Of a DNA stretch of 64,000 nt, positions 31,798 through 42,325 are shown piece after piece. The position numbers were made by a program, and so were the translations under genes. The notes beneath the pieces were generated by a model that was given only the letters and a program-made list of their open reading frames with translations, was not told the origin of the DNA and ran no database searches. The first letter of the stretch is position 1; every line of letters starts with the position of its first letter. Where the stretch lies: positions 99,401-163,400 of the IMG/VR virus record IMGVR_UViG_3300011005_000048; one strand, written 5' to 3'. This DNA comes from a virus.

Positions 31798-32970
31798 ATG
31801 CGTAATGGATTTAAGAAATTATTAGATTCTGTACAACAACAATGTCCAGATTTAATAACCGAAGAAGTATATAATGATATGATGACTCAATTTGATGATG
31901 GTTTAGCAAAGGTTACCGCTGATGCCACAGCAGAAGGTCAAGCTCTTGGTTTTAAAGAAGGATATGATGAAGGTAAACGTGTTGCTCAGGAACAAGCTAA
32001 AGCTGAATTAGAAGCTTTAACAGAAAAGATGGACACTGAAGCTGTAGAAAAATTAACACAAATTCTTCAAATGATTGATGAAAGAGATGCAGCTAAGTTA
32101 CAAGAACTTTATGATGCAGTTTGTGAAGATCATGCTAATAAGTTAAATATAGTAAAGGAATCTATAGATAAGAAATATAAGAAATTATTAACTGAATCAT
32201 TAGATGCTGTTGATAAAGAAAGTACAGTAAAACTTCAAGAAGTTGCTGATGTATTAAATAAAAATAAAGCATTAGCAGTTGAATCTGTTAAGAAAGAATA
32301 TCAAGTCAAATTAGATAAAGCTGAAGCTGATTTAACTAAAGAACGTGAACGTAAAACTAGTATTTTAGCTGAAAGTGTTGAAAAATATATGAATTATGCA
32401 TTAGAACAATATTTACCAAAGAAACAATTAATTTCTGAAGCTAAATATACAAGTGCATTAAAAACACTTGATAAAGTTACTGATTTACTTAAAGTTCATA
32501 ATATTATTCAAGAAAGTAAAGATGGTATTTTTGCTGATTATGAAGCAAAACTTAATGAAGCTAAAGCTCAACAAAATAAACTTATTACAGAAAAAATTGA
32601 ACTTCGTGCTCAATTAAATAAGAAAGAAGCACAATTATTGCTTGAACAAAAAACACAATCATGTACTCCTAGTGAATCAAAATTTTTAAGAATGTATTTT
32701 AAAGATGCTGCTTCACCAAAAGTTATAGAGGAGTCAATTGAAGCTGCTCATACAGCTTGGAAAAAATTACAATCTGAACGTAGACAGGTTTTACAAGAAG
32801 CTATCGACAAAAAGGTAAATAAAGTACCATCAAAGGTCGTTACTGAATCTGCAAAACCAGAAAAAAAAGAACCTGTAAAACAGGTTATTTCAGAACAAAA
32901 GATGGTTGCTAATAATCCAGATCAAGATTTGGTAAATTATTATGCAAAAGTTTTAAACAAAAATAAGTAA
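31798..32970 (+). CDS. Prohead core scaffold protein (T4 gp22-like)
   Basis: 390 aa, coiled-coil charged protein immediately upstream of the major capsid gene. Confidence 0.7.
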   Translation: MRNGFKKLLDSVQQQCPDLITEEVYNDMMTQFDDGLAKVTADATAEGQALGFKEGYDEGKRVAQEQAKAELEALTEKMDTEAVEKLTQILQMIDERDAAKLQELYDAVCEDHANKLNIVKESIDKKYKKLLTESLDAVDKESTVKLQEVADVLNKNKALAVESVKKEYQVKLDKAEADLTKERERKTSILAESVEKYMNYALEQYLPKKQLISEAKYTSALKTLDKVTDLLKVHNIIQESKDGIFADYEAKLNEAKAQQNKLITEKIELRAQLNKKEAQLLLEQKTQSCTPSESKFLRMYFKDAASPKVIEESIEAAHTAWKKLQSERRQVLQEAIDKKVNKVPSKVVTESAKPEKKEPVKQVISEQKMVANNPDQDLVNYYAKVLNKNK

Positions 32971-33012
32971 AATTTAATTTTAAAAAATAAAAACAAAAGG
33001 ATTTAACTAATT

Positions 33013-34683
33013 ATGTTATTTCGTGGTATACAAAATCAAGAACAAATTTTTGCTAAGTGGAAAAATTTGATCAATGCTAAAAATGATATTAAAGATGACG
33101 TTTTAAAGATGTCAACAGCTATCGTTCTTGAAAACGCTCAGGCTTTAGTCGATCATGAAGCAAAAACTCGTGGTGGTCGTTCCCTTATTTTTGAAGCGGC
33201 TGGTATTGATAATGGCGGTGCCTTTGGTCCTGGTACAGCAGCAACTTCTTATGCCAATACAGCTCGTCCTGATGGCACAGTTGGTGATGCTCGTGTTCCT
33301 TCAATCGTCATTCCTATGATTCGTAGAATCTATCCTCAATTAATTGCTCACAAGCTTGTTGGTGTTCAACCAATGCAAGGACCTATTGGCATGGCATTTG
33401 CTTTCCGTGCTAAATATGGTCGTTTTGGCCGTGGCGCTAATAGTGAAGGTGATGAAATTGGTTACAACAATATTAATGCAGCTTTCTCAGGTAAACCTCA
33501 ATTAGCTAATAAGTTTAATAATGTAACATATGCTTCAGGTAATGCTGATAATTATGAAAATATTGATGGTTTTGTCGAAGGTTCTGCTCGTGTTGATATG
33601 CCTACCGATGGTTTCAAAGCCGAAGCTCAAGATCAAGGTGCAGTTAGCTTAATTCAAGTTACTGAAAAGAATTATGAAGCTCTTGGTTTACAACCAGAAG
33701 ATATTGGTAAACAAGTTCAAGTTCTCGGTGAAAAGCATCCAGTTAATCCAGATCCTCAAGTTCCAGCTGCAACAAGTGGTGATAATTTTATGGATTATTT
33801 CTTTGGTACTAATGGTGTTTCACAATACGGTGGCAAGACCTATGGTATGGTTGGTGATGGTGCTGATGTATCTGATGCTGAAAACTGGGCAGTTGGCCGT
33901 GATATGCCTGAAGCTAGTTTTGATATTCTTAAAGCCACAGTTACTGCTAAGACCCGTAAGTTAGGTGTTCAGATCACACGTGAAACTGAAGAAGACATGA
34001 AAGCAATGCAAGGTCTTAATGCTCAACAAGAAATTAGCGATCTTCTTTCTTATGAAATTTCACAGGAAATGGACCGTCAGTTACTTGGTGAAATTATTCA
34101 AGCTGCAGTCCGCGCTGGAAATGCTTCAGTTTGGGATCCTGCTAAGGCAGATGGCCGTAATCAAAATGAACGTGTTAATACACTTTATACTACAATTCTT
34201 GATCGTAGCGCTAAGATCGCTGTTAAGTCACGTCGTGGTGCTGCCAATTGGTGTGTAGCTTCACCTGGTGCTGCTGCATTACTTGAATCTAACATCTTTA
34301 ACCCACTAGGTGTTGGTGGTGGTCTTGGTAATGCTAATGCCTTTGGTAAAGAAATTGACAATGGTATTGGTGTAACTGAAATCGGTGCCCTTCGTAATGG
34401 TACAATCACACTTTATCGTGATACTCTTGCCGGTGGCGATTATGTTCTCTTAGGTTTCAAAGGTAATAACATTTATGATGCTGGTATTATTTACCTGCCT
34501 TATATTCCTCTTGAACTTATGCAAGCTCAAGATCCATTTACCTTCAACCCAATCACCGCAGCTCGTACACGTTATGGTGTCACAACTAACCTCTTTGGTG
34601 CCGGTCAATTCTATCAATTCATTGGTCTCAAAGGTATGTCTGCTGATCTTCCAGCTGAAGGTGGTCGTGTATTTGTTCAATAA
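33013..34683 (+). CDS. Major capsid protein (T4 gp23-like)
   Basis: 'QEISDLLSYEISQEMDRQLLGEIIQAA', 'NPITAARTRYGVTTNLFGAGQFYQFIGLKGM'; distinctly higher GC and strong-codon usage than its neighbours. Confidence 0.9.
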   Translation: MLFRGIQNQEQIFAKWKNLINAKNDIKDDVLKMSTAIVLENAQALVDHEAKTRGGRSLIFEAAGIDNGGAFGPGTAATSYANTARPDGTVGDARVPSIVIPMIRRIYPQLIAHKLVGVQPMQGPIGMAFAFRAKYGRFGRGANSEGDEIGYNNINAAFSGKPQLANKFNNVTYASGNADNYENIDGFVEGSARVDMPTDGFKAEAQDQGAVSLIQVTEKNYEALGLQPEDIGKQVQVLGEKHPVNPDPQVPAATSGDNFMDYFFGTNGVSQYGGKTYGMVGDGADVSDAENWAVGRDMPEASFDILKATVTAKTRKLGVQITRETEEDMKAMQGLNAQQEISDLLSYEISQEMDRQLLGEIIQAAVRAGNASVWDPAKADGRNQNERVNTLYTTILDRSAKIAVKSRRGAANWCVASPGAAALLESNIFNPLGVGGGLGNANAFGKEIDNGIGVTEIGALRNGTITLYRDTLAGGDYVLLGFKGNNIYDAGIIYLPYIPLELMQAQDPFTFNPITAARTRYGVTTNLFGAGQFYQFIGLKGMSADLPAEGGRVFVQ

Positions 34684-34705
34684 TCAATTTATTGATTATA
34701 AGACT

Positions 34706-34746
34706 TTTAAAGAACCTAAGATTTTTCTTAGGTTCTTTTTTTATTA
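34706..34746 (+). terminator. Intrinsic terminator after the capsid gene
   Basis: AAAGAACCTAAGATTTTTCTTAGGTTCTTTTTTT. Confidence 0.8.
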
Positions 34747-34778
34747 AAATGAAATTATTTTAAAAATAAAAAATATTT

Positions 34779-35726
34779 ATGAACAAATTTAATTCACAAA
34801 TTAATAAAATACTTAATGAAATAAAATGTCCAACCGTACATAATATTTTAAATACTTATAAACCATTTTTATTTTGTGAAAGCATTAAACAATTATTATT
34901 AGAAGATTATCATGTATTTCCAGTACCAAAATTATTATTGGATGATATAGAACACTTTGTAAAAGAAAATATTATTAACATTGATAATATTCCATCAAAA
35001 AAATATTTATTTAATGATATTTTAAACAAATATATAACAAACTGGAAATATTATCAACAATTTAAAGAAAATACAACATTAATGCTTAAACATAATATGC
35101 ATTGTTCTATAATAGTATGTTTATTTAAAACAAGAGATCAAGTAATTAAAATTTTTAATAAATATAAACCACTTAATAATATTGATTTAGATAAAACATT
35201 AAATGAAAAAGCTTTAATATATTCATATGGTAATAAACAAGATTTTAATTGTTGCTTACTAATTAATTACAAATATTTACAAAATAATATTAGAAAAATA
35301 ATACAACATGAATTAATATATTGGCAACAGGTAACATTAAATAGTGAAACAAATAAAACATATAGAATATTTAATGATAAAAAATTTAATTTAACTAATG
35401 ATCAAATAAAGGAATTAACATATATTTTACAACAAGATAAAGGTGATTTAAAAGAAAACTTTGAATACTTATTAAGTGGAAAAGAATTTGAAGCATTGGT
35501 TGCTAATGTTGTAGATGAATTAACATATAATAATATATCTTTAAATAAATATCAAAAAGTTATTGAAGATCCTATATTATTTTTTAAATCTATGTTAAAA
35601 TATAATGAATCAATTAAAGAAATTTTATTATTCAGTAAAATTTGTTATTTAAGTAGTTTAAATGATAATAAAGATGATAGATATTGGTATTTAATTGAAG
35701 CAATTAAGTCTAATGACAATATGTAA
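34779..35726 (+). CDS. Accessory protein related to the HExxH group (degenerate HELIY)
   Basis: 'NIRKIIQHELIYWQQ'; leader MNKFNSQINKILNEI. Confidence 0.45.
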   Translation: MNKFNSQINKILNEIKCPTVHNILNTYKPFLFCESIKQLLLEDYHVFPVPKLLLDDIEHFVKENIINIDNIPSKKYLFNDILNKYITNWKYYQQFKENTTLMLKHNMHCSIIVCLFKTRDQVIKIFNKYKPLNNIDLDKTLNEKALIYSYGNKQDFNCCLLINYKYLQNNIRKIIQHELIYWQQVTLNSETNKTYRIFNDKKFNLTNDQIKELTYILQQDKGDLKENFEYLLSGKEFEALVANVVDELTYNNISLNKYQKVIEDPILFFKSMLKYNESIKEILLFSKICYLSSLNDNKDDRYWYLIEAIKSNDNM

Positions 35727-36096
35727 AACTTTGTTGAATTAACCATTTAATTACATCATCATTAAATGTAATATTATATTTGTCTTTAGCTAAATTAATA
35801 CCAAATATTGATACATTTAATTCTTCTATAAATTTATTATATTGTTTAAAATTATTTAAATTTATAATATGACTTAATTCATGAAAAAATGTTATTAATA
35901 TATATTCTGGCGATAATGTAAAGTATGCAATAATTATTTCATTATTTGTACTATATGCATGATTAATTTCATAATTATTTTTGTTTGTTTCATCTTCAGA
36001 TAATAATATAAGTTTTATATGATATTGTTTAGTAATATCGTTCATTATATTATTGATTTTATTTAGATGAAATATTCTTGTACTTTTAATTATCAT
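35710..36096 (-). CDS. Small HExxH putative metallopeptidase
   Basis: 'ILITFFHELSHIINLNNF'. Confidence 0.5.
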   Translation of the reverse strand: MIIKSTRIFHLNKINNIMNDITKQYHIKLILLSEDETNKNNYEINHAYSTNNEIIIAYFTLSPEYILITFFHELSHIINLNNFKQYNKFIEELNVSIFGINLAKDKYNITFNDDVIKWLIQQSFTYCH

Positions 36097-36141
36097 ATTA
36101 AATAAATATTATTAAATATTTAATTTTAAAATAATTCAAAA

Positions 36142-36937
36142 ATGCCAATACATTTAGGAAAAGATTCAAATGGTCCGTTTGTTCAATGGGGTCATCAAAA
36201 GAAATATTATTATAAATCTGGAAATAAAAAATCATTAGCAGCAGCAAAAGCTAAAGCTAAAAAACAAATGAATGCAATCTTTGCAAGTAGTTACCATGAA
36301 AGTATTATTGAAACACCTAAATTTAATTTACTATTAGAAGAAATATATTTTAATCTTATTAATGAATCTTCAGATACATTAAAATTTTTTATGGCAAATG
36401 ATAAAAAACAATGTGAAGATTATATTTTTGAAAATTATCCAGAAAATTTAAATAAATCTGAATTATTTTTTAAAGATATAGAAAATATGACATATTGCAA
36501 GGGTGAATTTATAGATAGATATTTAATTAGATCAGAATATCCAGTTAGATATTTTATTATAATGGATAAAGATCATTTGGTTGGAATTTGTAAATATTGG
36601 GAATATTCAGCAAATTCAAAAATACCAACAATTGGATGGATTTCAATTAATAAAGAATTTAAACATCAAGGATATGGAACATTTTTAATTAAAAAAGTAC
36701 TAGAATATCATAAAGAAAAATTTAATGATATTCCAGTGTTACTTACAGAATTTAGTAAAGAAGGTGAACCATATATGAAACATGTAATAGAAAAATATGC
36801 TAAAGAATTAAATGTTGATATATTTTTATTTGATGATGTTCACAGATTATGGGAAAATAAAAAATACCGGATCACATAATAAAATTACTTATCCACCATC
36901 TAAAAAACTTCAATCAATATTATTTCCAACTAATTAA
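36142..36937 (+). CDS. GNAT acetyltransferase with N-terminal phage 'MPIHLGKDSNGPFVQWGHQKKYYY' module, one CGG +1 site near the C-terminus
   Basis: 'IPTIGWISINKEFKHQGYGTFLIKKVLEYHKEKF'; CGG 36868-36870; +1 gives YGSHNKITYPPSKKLQSILFPTN*. Confidence 0.65.
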
Positions 36938-36974
36938 AGTTATTTTAAATATATAGGATTTAATTAAGTATATT

Positions 36975-37886
36975 ATGGATAATATCAAACTAACATATCT
37001 CAATATGTTTTATGAAAATATTAATATTAATGTTGATAAATTGAATATTAATAATTATCAACAATGGTTAAATGATTTAATTATTATTGACAAAAATTTT
37101 AATATTATAAATGAAGATAAAAATAATGTTTTTGATATACCTGATCCATTAATAATTAAGTTATTGAGTTTAAATAATTTTGATAAATTATATAAAAATG
37201 AAATATCACAACTATTATCTTATAGTAAACATAAATATAATATAAAACACAAAATAAAATCTGATTTGATATTTTGTAAATTTGATTTTAACAAAAGAGA
37301 AGAAATTGATAATTTTCATTTAACATTATTTAATATCAATAATGTTGAAACATTAAACCAATGTTATAAATTATTTTTACAACATTGTCAATATGCATAT
37401 GGTGTAATAAGCAAATCAAATGATGATTATATGTTAGTGGTAAATACAAATGCACCATCATTGTATCAAACAATATATCATGAATTAAGTCATTATTTAC
37501 AAAGAATTTGTAAAATACATTTACCAATAATTAATAATTTGACAAAAAATAACTTTTTATTTAATAAATTAAATATTGATGAAAAATATTTTAATTATTT
37601 AATGAAATCTGAGGAATTTGCTGTTCATGTTGATGAAATTATAATTGGTCTAAATAATTTATATAATTATAAACAATTGACAATTAATAAACACGAATTT
37701 TTAACAGACATTATAGATACATTACAAAATGATATTGATGAGGATCATTTTTATCAAAATTCTATAATTAAAGATTATAATGATGCCAATAATAATATTA
37801 CTGGTATTATATTTCTATATTTAGTAATTAAACTTAAAATAAAATGGATATATGTATTTAATTATTTGTTAAAGTATTTTAAATAA
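36975..37886 (+). CDS. HExxH putative metallopeptidase-like protein
   Basis: 'LYQTIYHELSHYLQRICKI'. Confidence 0.5.
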   Translation: MDNIKLTYLNMFYENININVDKLNINNYQQWLNDLIIIDKNFNIINEDKNNVFDIPDPLIIKLLSLNNFDKLYKNEISQLLSYSKHKYNIKHKIKSDLIFCKFDFNKREEIDNFHLTLFNINNVETLNQCYKLFLQHCQYAYGVISKSNDDYMLVVNTNAPSLYQTIYHELSHYLQRICKIHLPIINNLTKNNFLFNKLNIDEKYFNYLMKSEEFAVHVDEIIIGLNNLYNYKQLTINKHEFLTDIIDTLQNDIDEDHFYQNSIIKDYNDANNNITGIIFLYLVIKLKIKWIYVFNYLLKYFK

Positions 37887-37906
37887 ATATATTTAAATAT
37901 TATTTT

Positions 37907-39274
37907 TTGTATAATAAAATGAATAGATTTGAGCAAGAATATATAAAGATAATAAATGAATGGAATAGTAATTTATTATTAGAAGCTAATTTAAAATCTT
38001 TAATTCTTAATATTCAACAACGATTAATAGGTAATAAATCTTATAATGATTTAAATGATAATGAAAAACGAGATTTACAGGAAGATATAAATGCTACTTT
38101 AAGCTATATAGAACGTAAAGTAAATGAAATTACTGATAATAAACAATATCAGAGTTGGATTTATAATGTATTAAAGAATAAAGAAGTTAATTATAACGAT
38201 TTAAATCCTTTAAAATCATTAATTTTAGACTTTGAAAGATTATCAAAAAGACCAGATATTAAACCTAATCAAAAAAATATTCAAAATTATTCATCATTAA
38301 AAAATTTACAACAATTTATAGATCAATTTAAAGAGGAACATAATTTAAGTGAAGGTATATATTCTAATTTAAAGAAAATTTATCAAAATGAAGAATTTAC
38401 TGTTTACTTTATAAATAAAAATCAATATAATGAATGCAATAAATTATTTGGTGGTATTAAATATTTTAATACTGGTTGGTGTATAGCTAAAAATAGTGAT
38501 TATTTTAATATATACATTCATGATAATAAAGATAAATTTAATGGATATTTTGTATTCATTAAAGATAATAAACCTTATGCTCTTTTACATTATGGTAGTG
38601 GACAATTTAAAGATACTTCAGATCAAATATTAGAAACCAATAATCCAAATATATTAGATTGTTTATACAATATTAATGATAATTTAAATGATTATCAAGA
38701 GGGTGATTTAAAATATTATAAATTTTTAAAAGAAAATCCTAATGCAAGTAAAGAAGACTGGATAGCATATCAAATAGGTGGTAAATATGATCCAAAAACA
38801 AAAATAATAGATTGTAATGGTAATTACATTCAATTTAAAGATGAATGGTTAAATGATGAAGGAACATTTGATTTTAATTTTATAAATGTTACTAATGATT
38901 GGTCCAATATGTTTTTTATGTGTACAAATTTAACCAAATTACCAGATAATTTTGCTATTCCAAATAATGTTAAAAGATGTGATTTTATGTTTTCAAATTG
39001 TACAAATTTAACCAAATTACCAGATAATTTTACAATTCCTAATAGTATTATACGATGTGATGGAATGTTTTTTAGATGTAAAAATTTAACCAAATTACCT
39101 GATAACTTCACTATTCCTAATAATGTTGAGAATTGTAGGTGGATGTTTTTTAATTGTGAGAATTTAAAAGAATTACCAGATAAGTTCAATATACCTAAAC
39201 ACAGTGATTATAGACATATATTTATAAATTCTGGCTTAGAAGATAAATATAATATAGATGATTTATTAAAATAA
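37907..39274 (+). CDS. Paralog of 13086-14369: 'TGWCIAK' domain plus BspA-like repeats
   Basis: Co-linear with the 13086-14369 protein over most of its length; leader MNRFEQEYIKIINEW. Confidence 0.65.
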   Translation: MYNKMNRFEQEYIKIINEWNSNLLLEANLKSLILNIQQRLIGNKSYNDLNDNEKRDLQEDINATLSYIERKVNEITDNKQYQSWIYNVLKNKEVNYNDLNPLKSLILDFERLSKRPDIKPNQKNIQNYSSLKNLQQFIDQFKEEHNLSEGIYSNLKKIYQNEEFTVYFINKNQYNECNKLFGGIKYFNTGWCIAKNSDYFNIYIHDNKDKFNGYFVFIKDNKPYALLHYGSGQFKDTSDQILETNNPNILDCLYNINDNLNDYQEGDLKYYKFLKENPNASKEDWIAYQIGGKYDPKTKIIDCNGNYIQFKDEWLNDEGTFDFNFINVTNDWSNMFFMCTNLTKLPDNFAIPNNVKRCDFMFSNCTNLTKLPDNFTIPNSIIRCDGMFFRCKNLTKLPDNFTIPNNVENCRWMFFNCENLKELPDKFNIPKHSDYRHIFINSGLEDKYNIDDLLK

Positions 39275-39291
39275 AATAAAGAGAATATTGT

Positions 39292-40902
39292 ATGAATAAA
39301 TTTAATCAGTTATATAATTTAATAATGGAAGAATTAACACAAGATCAAAAGAAACTTGTAGATACATATACAAATAAACGTTCTTTTGATTTATCATTTG
39401 GCCCTATGTTTAAATCTCCAAGAACATATTTTGAATTAAGTACTAATAATTTAATTGTGATTCCAGTCCCAACAGATATACAATATTTATTAGATCAAGA
39501 AGGATATTATTGTCCTGATTATAGAAAAGGTTATGTATATAAAAAAGATGATAAATTAAAAAATAAACCAGTTAAACTTATTAAGGTTTTAGATAAGTCA
39601 TTGAAAGATAATCCTGATAAATTTTTATTTAATCAATTAAAGAAAGAGTTTGATGAGCGTTTAGGTACTTCTAGAAAGGAAACAGTAAAATGTATGTTAT
39701 GTATTACTTACGACCCTTATGATATAGCAGGAATGAGCACAGATCGAAGTTGGACATCTTGTATGAATTTATCTACTGGTATGTTTAAAGATACTCCATT
39801 AAAACAGGTGCAATACGGTGGAATGTGTGCATATTTAATTAAAGAAGATGATAAAGAAATTAATCATCCTATTGCTAGAATTGCTATTAAACGTTTAGTT
39901 GGAGAAAATGGAACATTCATATTTATGAGTGAAGATAGAATTTATGGTGATGAACAATTTGCAATAGATTTGCATATGCCTGAAAAAGTAGAAGAAATAT
40001 TAAATAAATCTAATAAAATAACAGGCAAAGATGAAACAGTTTTTACTAGAAAAGATGATAATAGTTATTCAAATAAAAATATAACATCTGTAATTAATTA
40101 TAATAAATTAGACATAAATAAGTTATCTAAAGAACAGATTGATGCCTTATCAAAAGATTCAAATATTCCATTTGATTTTGTAATGGAACATGGTGATAAA
40201 TTGAATTTACTTGAATATTTTAAAACTCATGTAATTAGTCTTAAAGATGATAAAGATGTTACCAATTTTAATAAATTATATTTTAAATATAAAAATAAAA
40301 TAGATAAAACACAATTATTTAATGAAGTAATGTTTTTACCAAAAGAAGTTATAAATGATTTAATTAAATCAGATTTAGATTTTTCAACTTTATATAAAAA
40401 TACAAATAAATTAGATGAAAATATTTTAGAACAACATATAGATGAGTTGCCATTAACTAAAATTATAATGACATTTAATTTAACAAATAGTAACCTAATA
40501 AAACTTATATTAAATAAATATATAGATAAAGTGGATTGGGAATATTATTCAAAAAATAATAAAAAAGAAATACTACATTTGGTTTTTCAATCTGCACAAA
40601 AATATATAAACTGGATAGAATATGAAAAATTATGTGTTAAAACAATGAATGAAGATAATAAAATAATATTTTTGAATTTTATATCAGATTATTCTATGTA
40701 TTTTGATGTAGATTATTTTTGTAAAAATGTTAAATTTAAAACAGATACATTTATGGAAACATTAGATGGTATTGAATATATTATAAATAAATGTAATTAT
40801 AAAATTAGAGAACAATTTGTAGAAAGTCTTATAGAAAATAATGACTCAATAAGGAAATCAGAAGAAGTAATTAAGATTCTCAAATTACTTTATTTAAATT
40901 AA
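39292..40902 (+). CDS. Accessory protein, family A (no in-frame CGG)
   Basis: 'GMSTDRSWTSCMNLSTGMFKDTPLKQVQYGGMCAYLIKEDDKEI...IARIAIKRL'. Confidence 0.6.
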   Translation: MNKFNQLYNLIMEELTQDQKKLVDTYTNKRSFDLSFGPMFKSPRTYFELSTNNLIVIPVPTDIQYLLDQEGYYCPDYRKGYVYKKDDKLKNKPVKLIKVLDKSLKDNPDKFLFNQLKKEFDERLGTSRKETVKCMLCITYDPYDIAGMSTDRSWTSCMNLSTGMFKDTPLKQVQYGGMCAYLIKEDDKEINHPIARIAIKRLVGENGTFIFMSEDRIYGDEQFAIDLHMPEKVEEILNKSNKITGKDETVFTRKDDNSYSNKNITSVINYNKLDINKLSKEQIDALSKDSNIPFDFVMEHGDKLNLLEYFKTHVISLKDDKDVTNFNKLYFKYKNKIDKTQLFNEVMFLPKEVINDLIKSDLDFSTLYKNTNKLDENILEQHIDELPLTKIIMTFNLTNSNLIKLILNKYIDKVDWEYYSKNNKKEILHLVFQSAQKYINWIEYEKLCVKTMNEDNKIIFLNFISDYSMYFDVDYFCKNVKFKTDTFMETLDGIEYIINKCNYKIREQFVESLIENNDSIRKSEEVIKILKLLYLN

Positions 40903-40935
40903 TATTGAATAATAGAAAAATTAAAGGAATGATAT

Positions 40936-42151
40936 ATGTTAACAAAGTTTAATCAGTTATATAATTTAATACTAGAAGAATTAACGCCTAAACAAAAAAA
41001 GGATGTTGATTTTTTTGCTGATAAAAGAGATCAAAATATGACATTTGGTCCTTTATTTAAAGAAGAGCGTACATATTTTCCACTAGAAGAATCTGCTTTA
41101 AGTACATTAGAAACACCTAAAGAAATAGAAAATATTTTAGATAATGAAGGATTTTATTGTCCTGATTATAGACAAGGATATGTATATAAAAAAGATGATA
41201 AATTAAAAAGTAAACCGGTTAAACTTATTAAAGTATTAAATAAATCAGTAAAAGATGTTAATAAATTTAATCAGTTAAAGAAAAAGTTTGATGAAAGATT
41301 AAAAACAAACAGAAAAGAAATAGTAAAATGTGTAGTATGTATAACGTATAATCCATATGATGTAGCTGGTATGAGTACAGATCGAAACTGGACATCCTGT
41401 ATGAACTTAAATAAGCGGAGTACATAAGAATACAGCATTTAGACAAGTTCAATATGGAGGAATGTGTGCATATTTAATTAAAGAAGAAGATAAAAATATT
41501 GAAGAACCTATTGCAAGAATTGCTATTAAACGCTATATATATTCAAACAATGATGATTATGATGATCCTGAAGAATTAGATAAACAAACAAAACAGGATT
41601 TTATATTTGTAGCAGAACCAAAAATATATGGTGATTCACAATTTGCTGAAGAGTTAAATTTTAGTTCAACAGTTGAAAATATTTTACATAAAAGCAATGA
41701 ACAAACAAGAAATAAAAAAACAGTTAAGTATAGAAGTTTAGATAGTCAAAGTTGGACAGATAGAGAAACTATTGATTACATAGATGTTAATAATCCAGCT
41801 TTTGAAGAATTTTTAGAAAATAATCCAACTAGAATTAATTGGATTGAATTAATTAGAAATCAAAAATTACCAGAAAATTTTATTAAAAAATATTTAAATG
41901 AATATCTTATATATAATGTGGATGAATTACTTGAACATCAAAGATTAAGTAAAACTTTATTAGAAGATATTATTAAACATAAAAAGTTTAAAAAATATTA
42001 TTGGGGATATATTGCAGAATTTCAACTAATTGATTTAGAATTTGCTAAAAAATATAAAAATAAATTAGATCCATTTTCATATATGATAAAAGATAATAAA
42101 TTTATTTCAAATGAAACAAAACAGAAAATATTAGAAATATTTGAATTTTAG
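40936..42151 (+). CDS. Accessory protein, family A paralog with one CGG +1 site
   Basis: ORFs 40936-41427 and 41462-42151 join at CGG 41416-41418 to give 'TSCMNLNKGVHKNTAFRQVQYGGMCAYLIKEEDK', co-linear without gaps with the intact paralog. Confidence 0.8.
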
Positions 42152-42325
42152 TATTTTATTCAAGGTTTTGTTATTGTGAAAATTCAAATTAAATATTTAA
42201 TAATTAAGGTATAAATGTTTTAGCATTTATACCTTTTTATTTATTTAAACTTAATTAAAAATGAATAAATATATATAAATTAGTTTATATTATTTAATAA
42301 TATATTAAAATAATAGTTTTTATAT

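Noticed and set aside
33674-34747. Alternative-frame ORFs inside the major capsid gene (33674-33964, 34019-34258, 34475-34747 and the antisense 34185-34409, 34450-34680)
   Set aside because: They overlap the well-supported capsid ORF and lack coding character.
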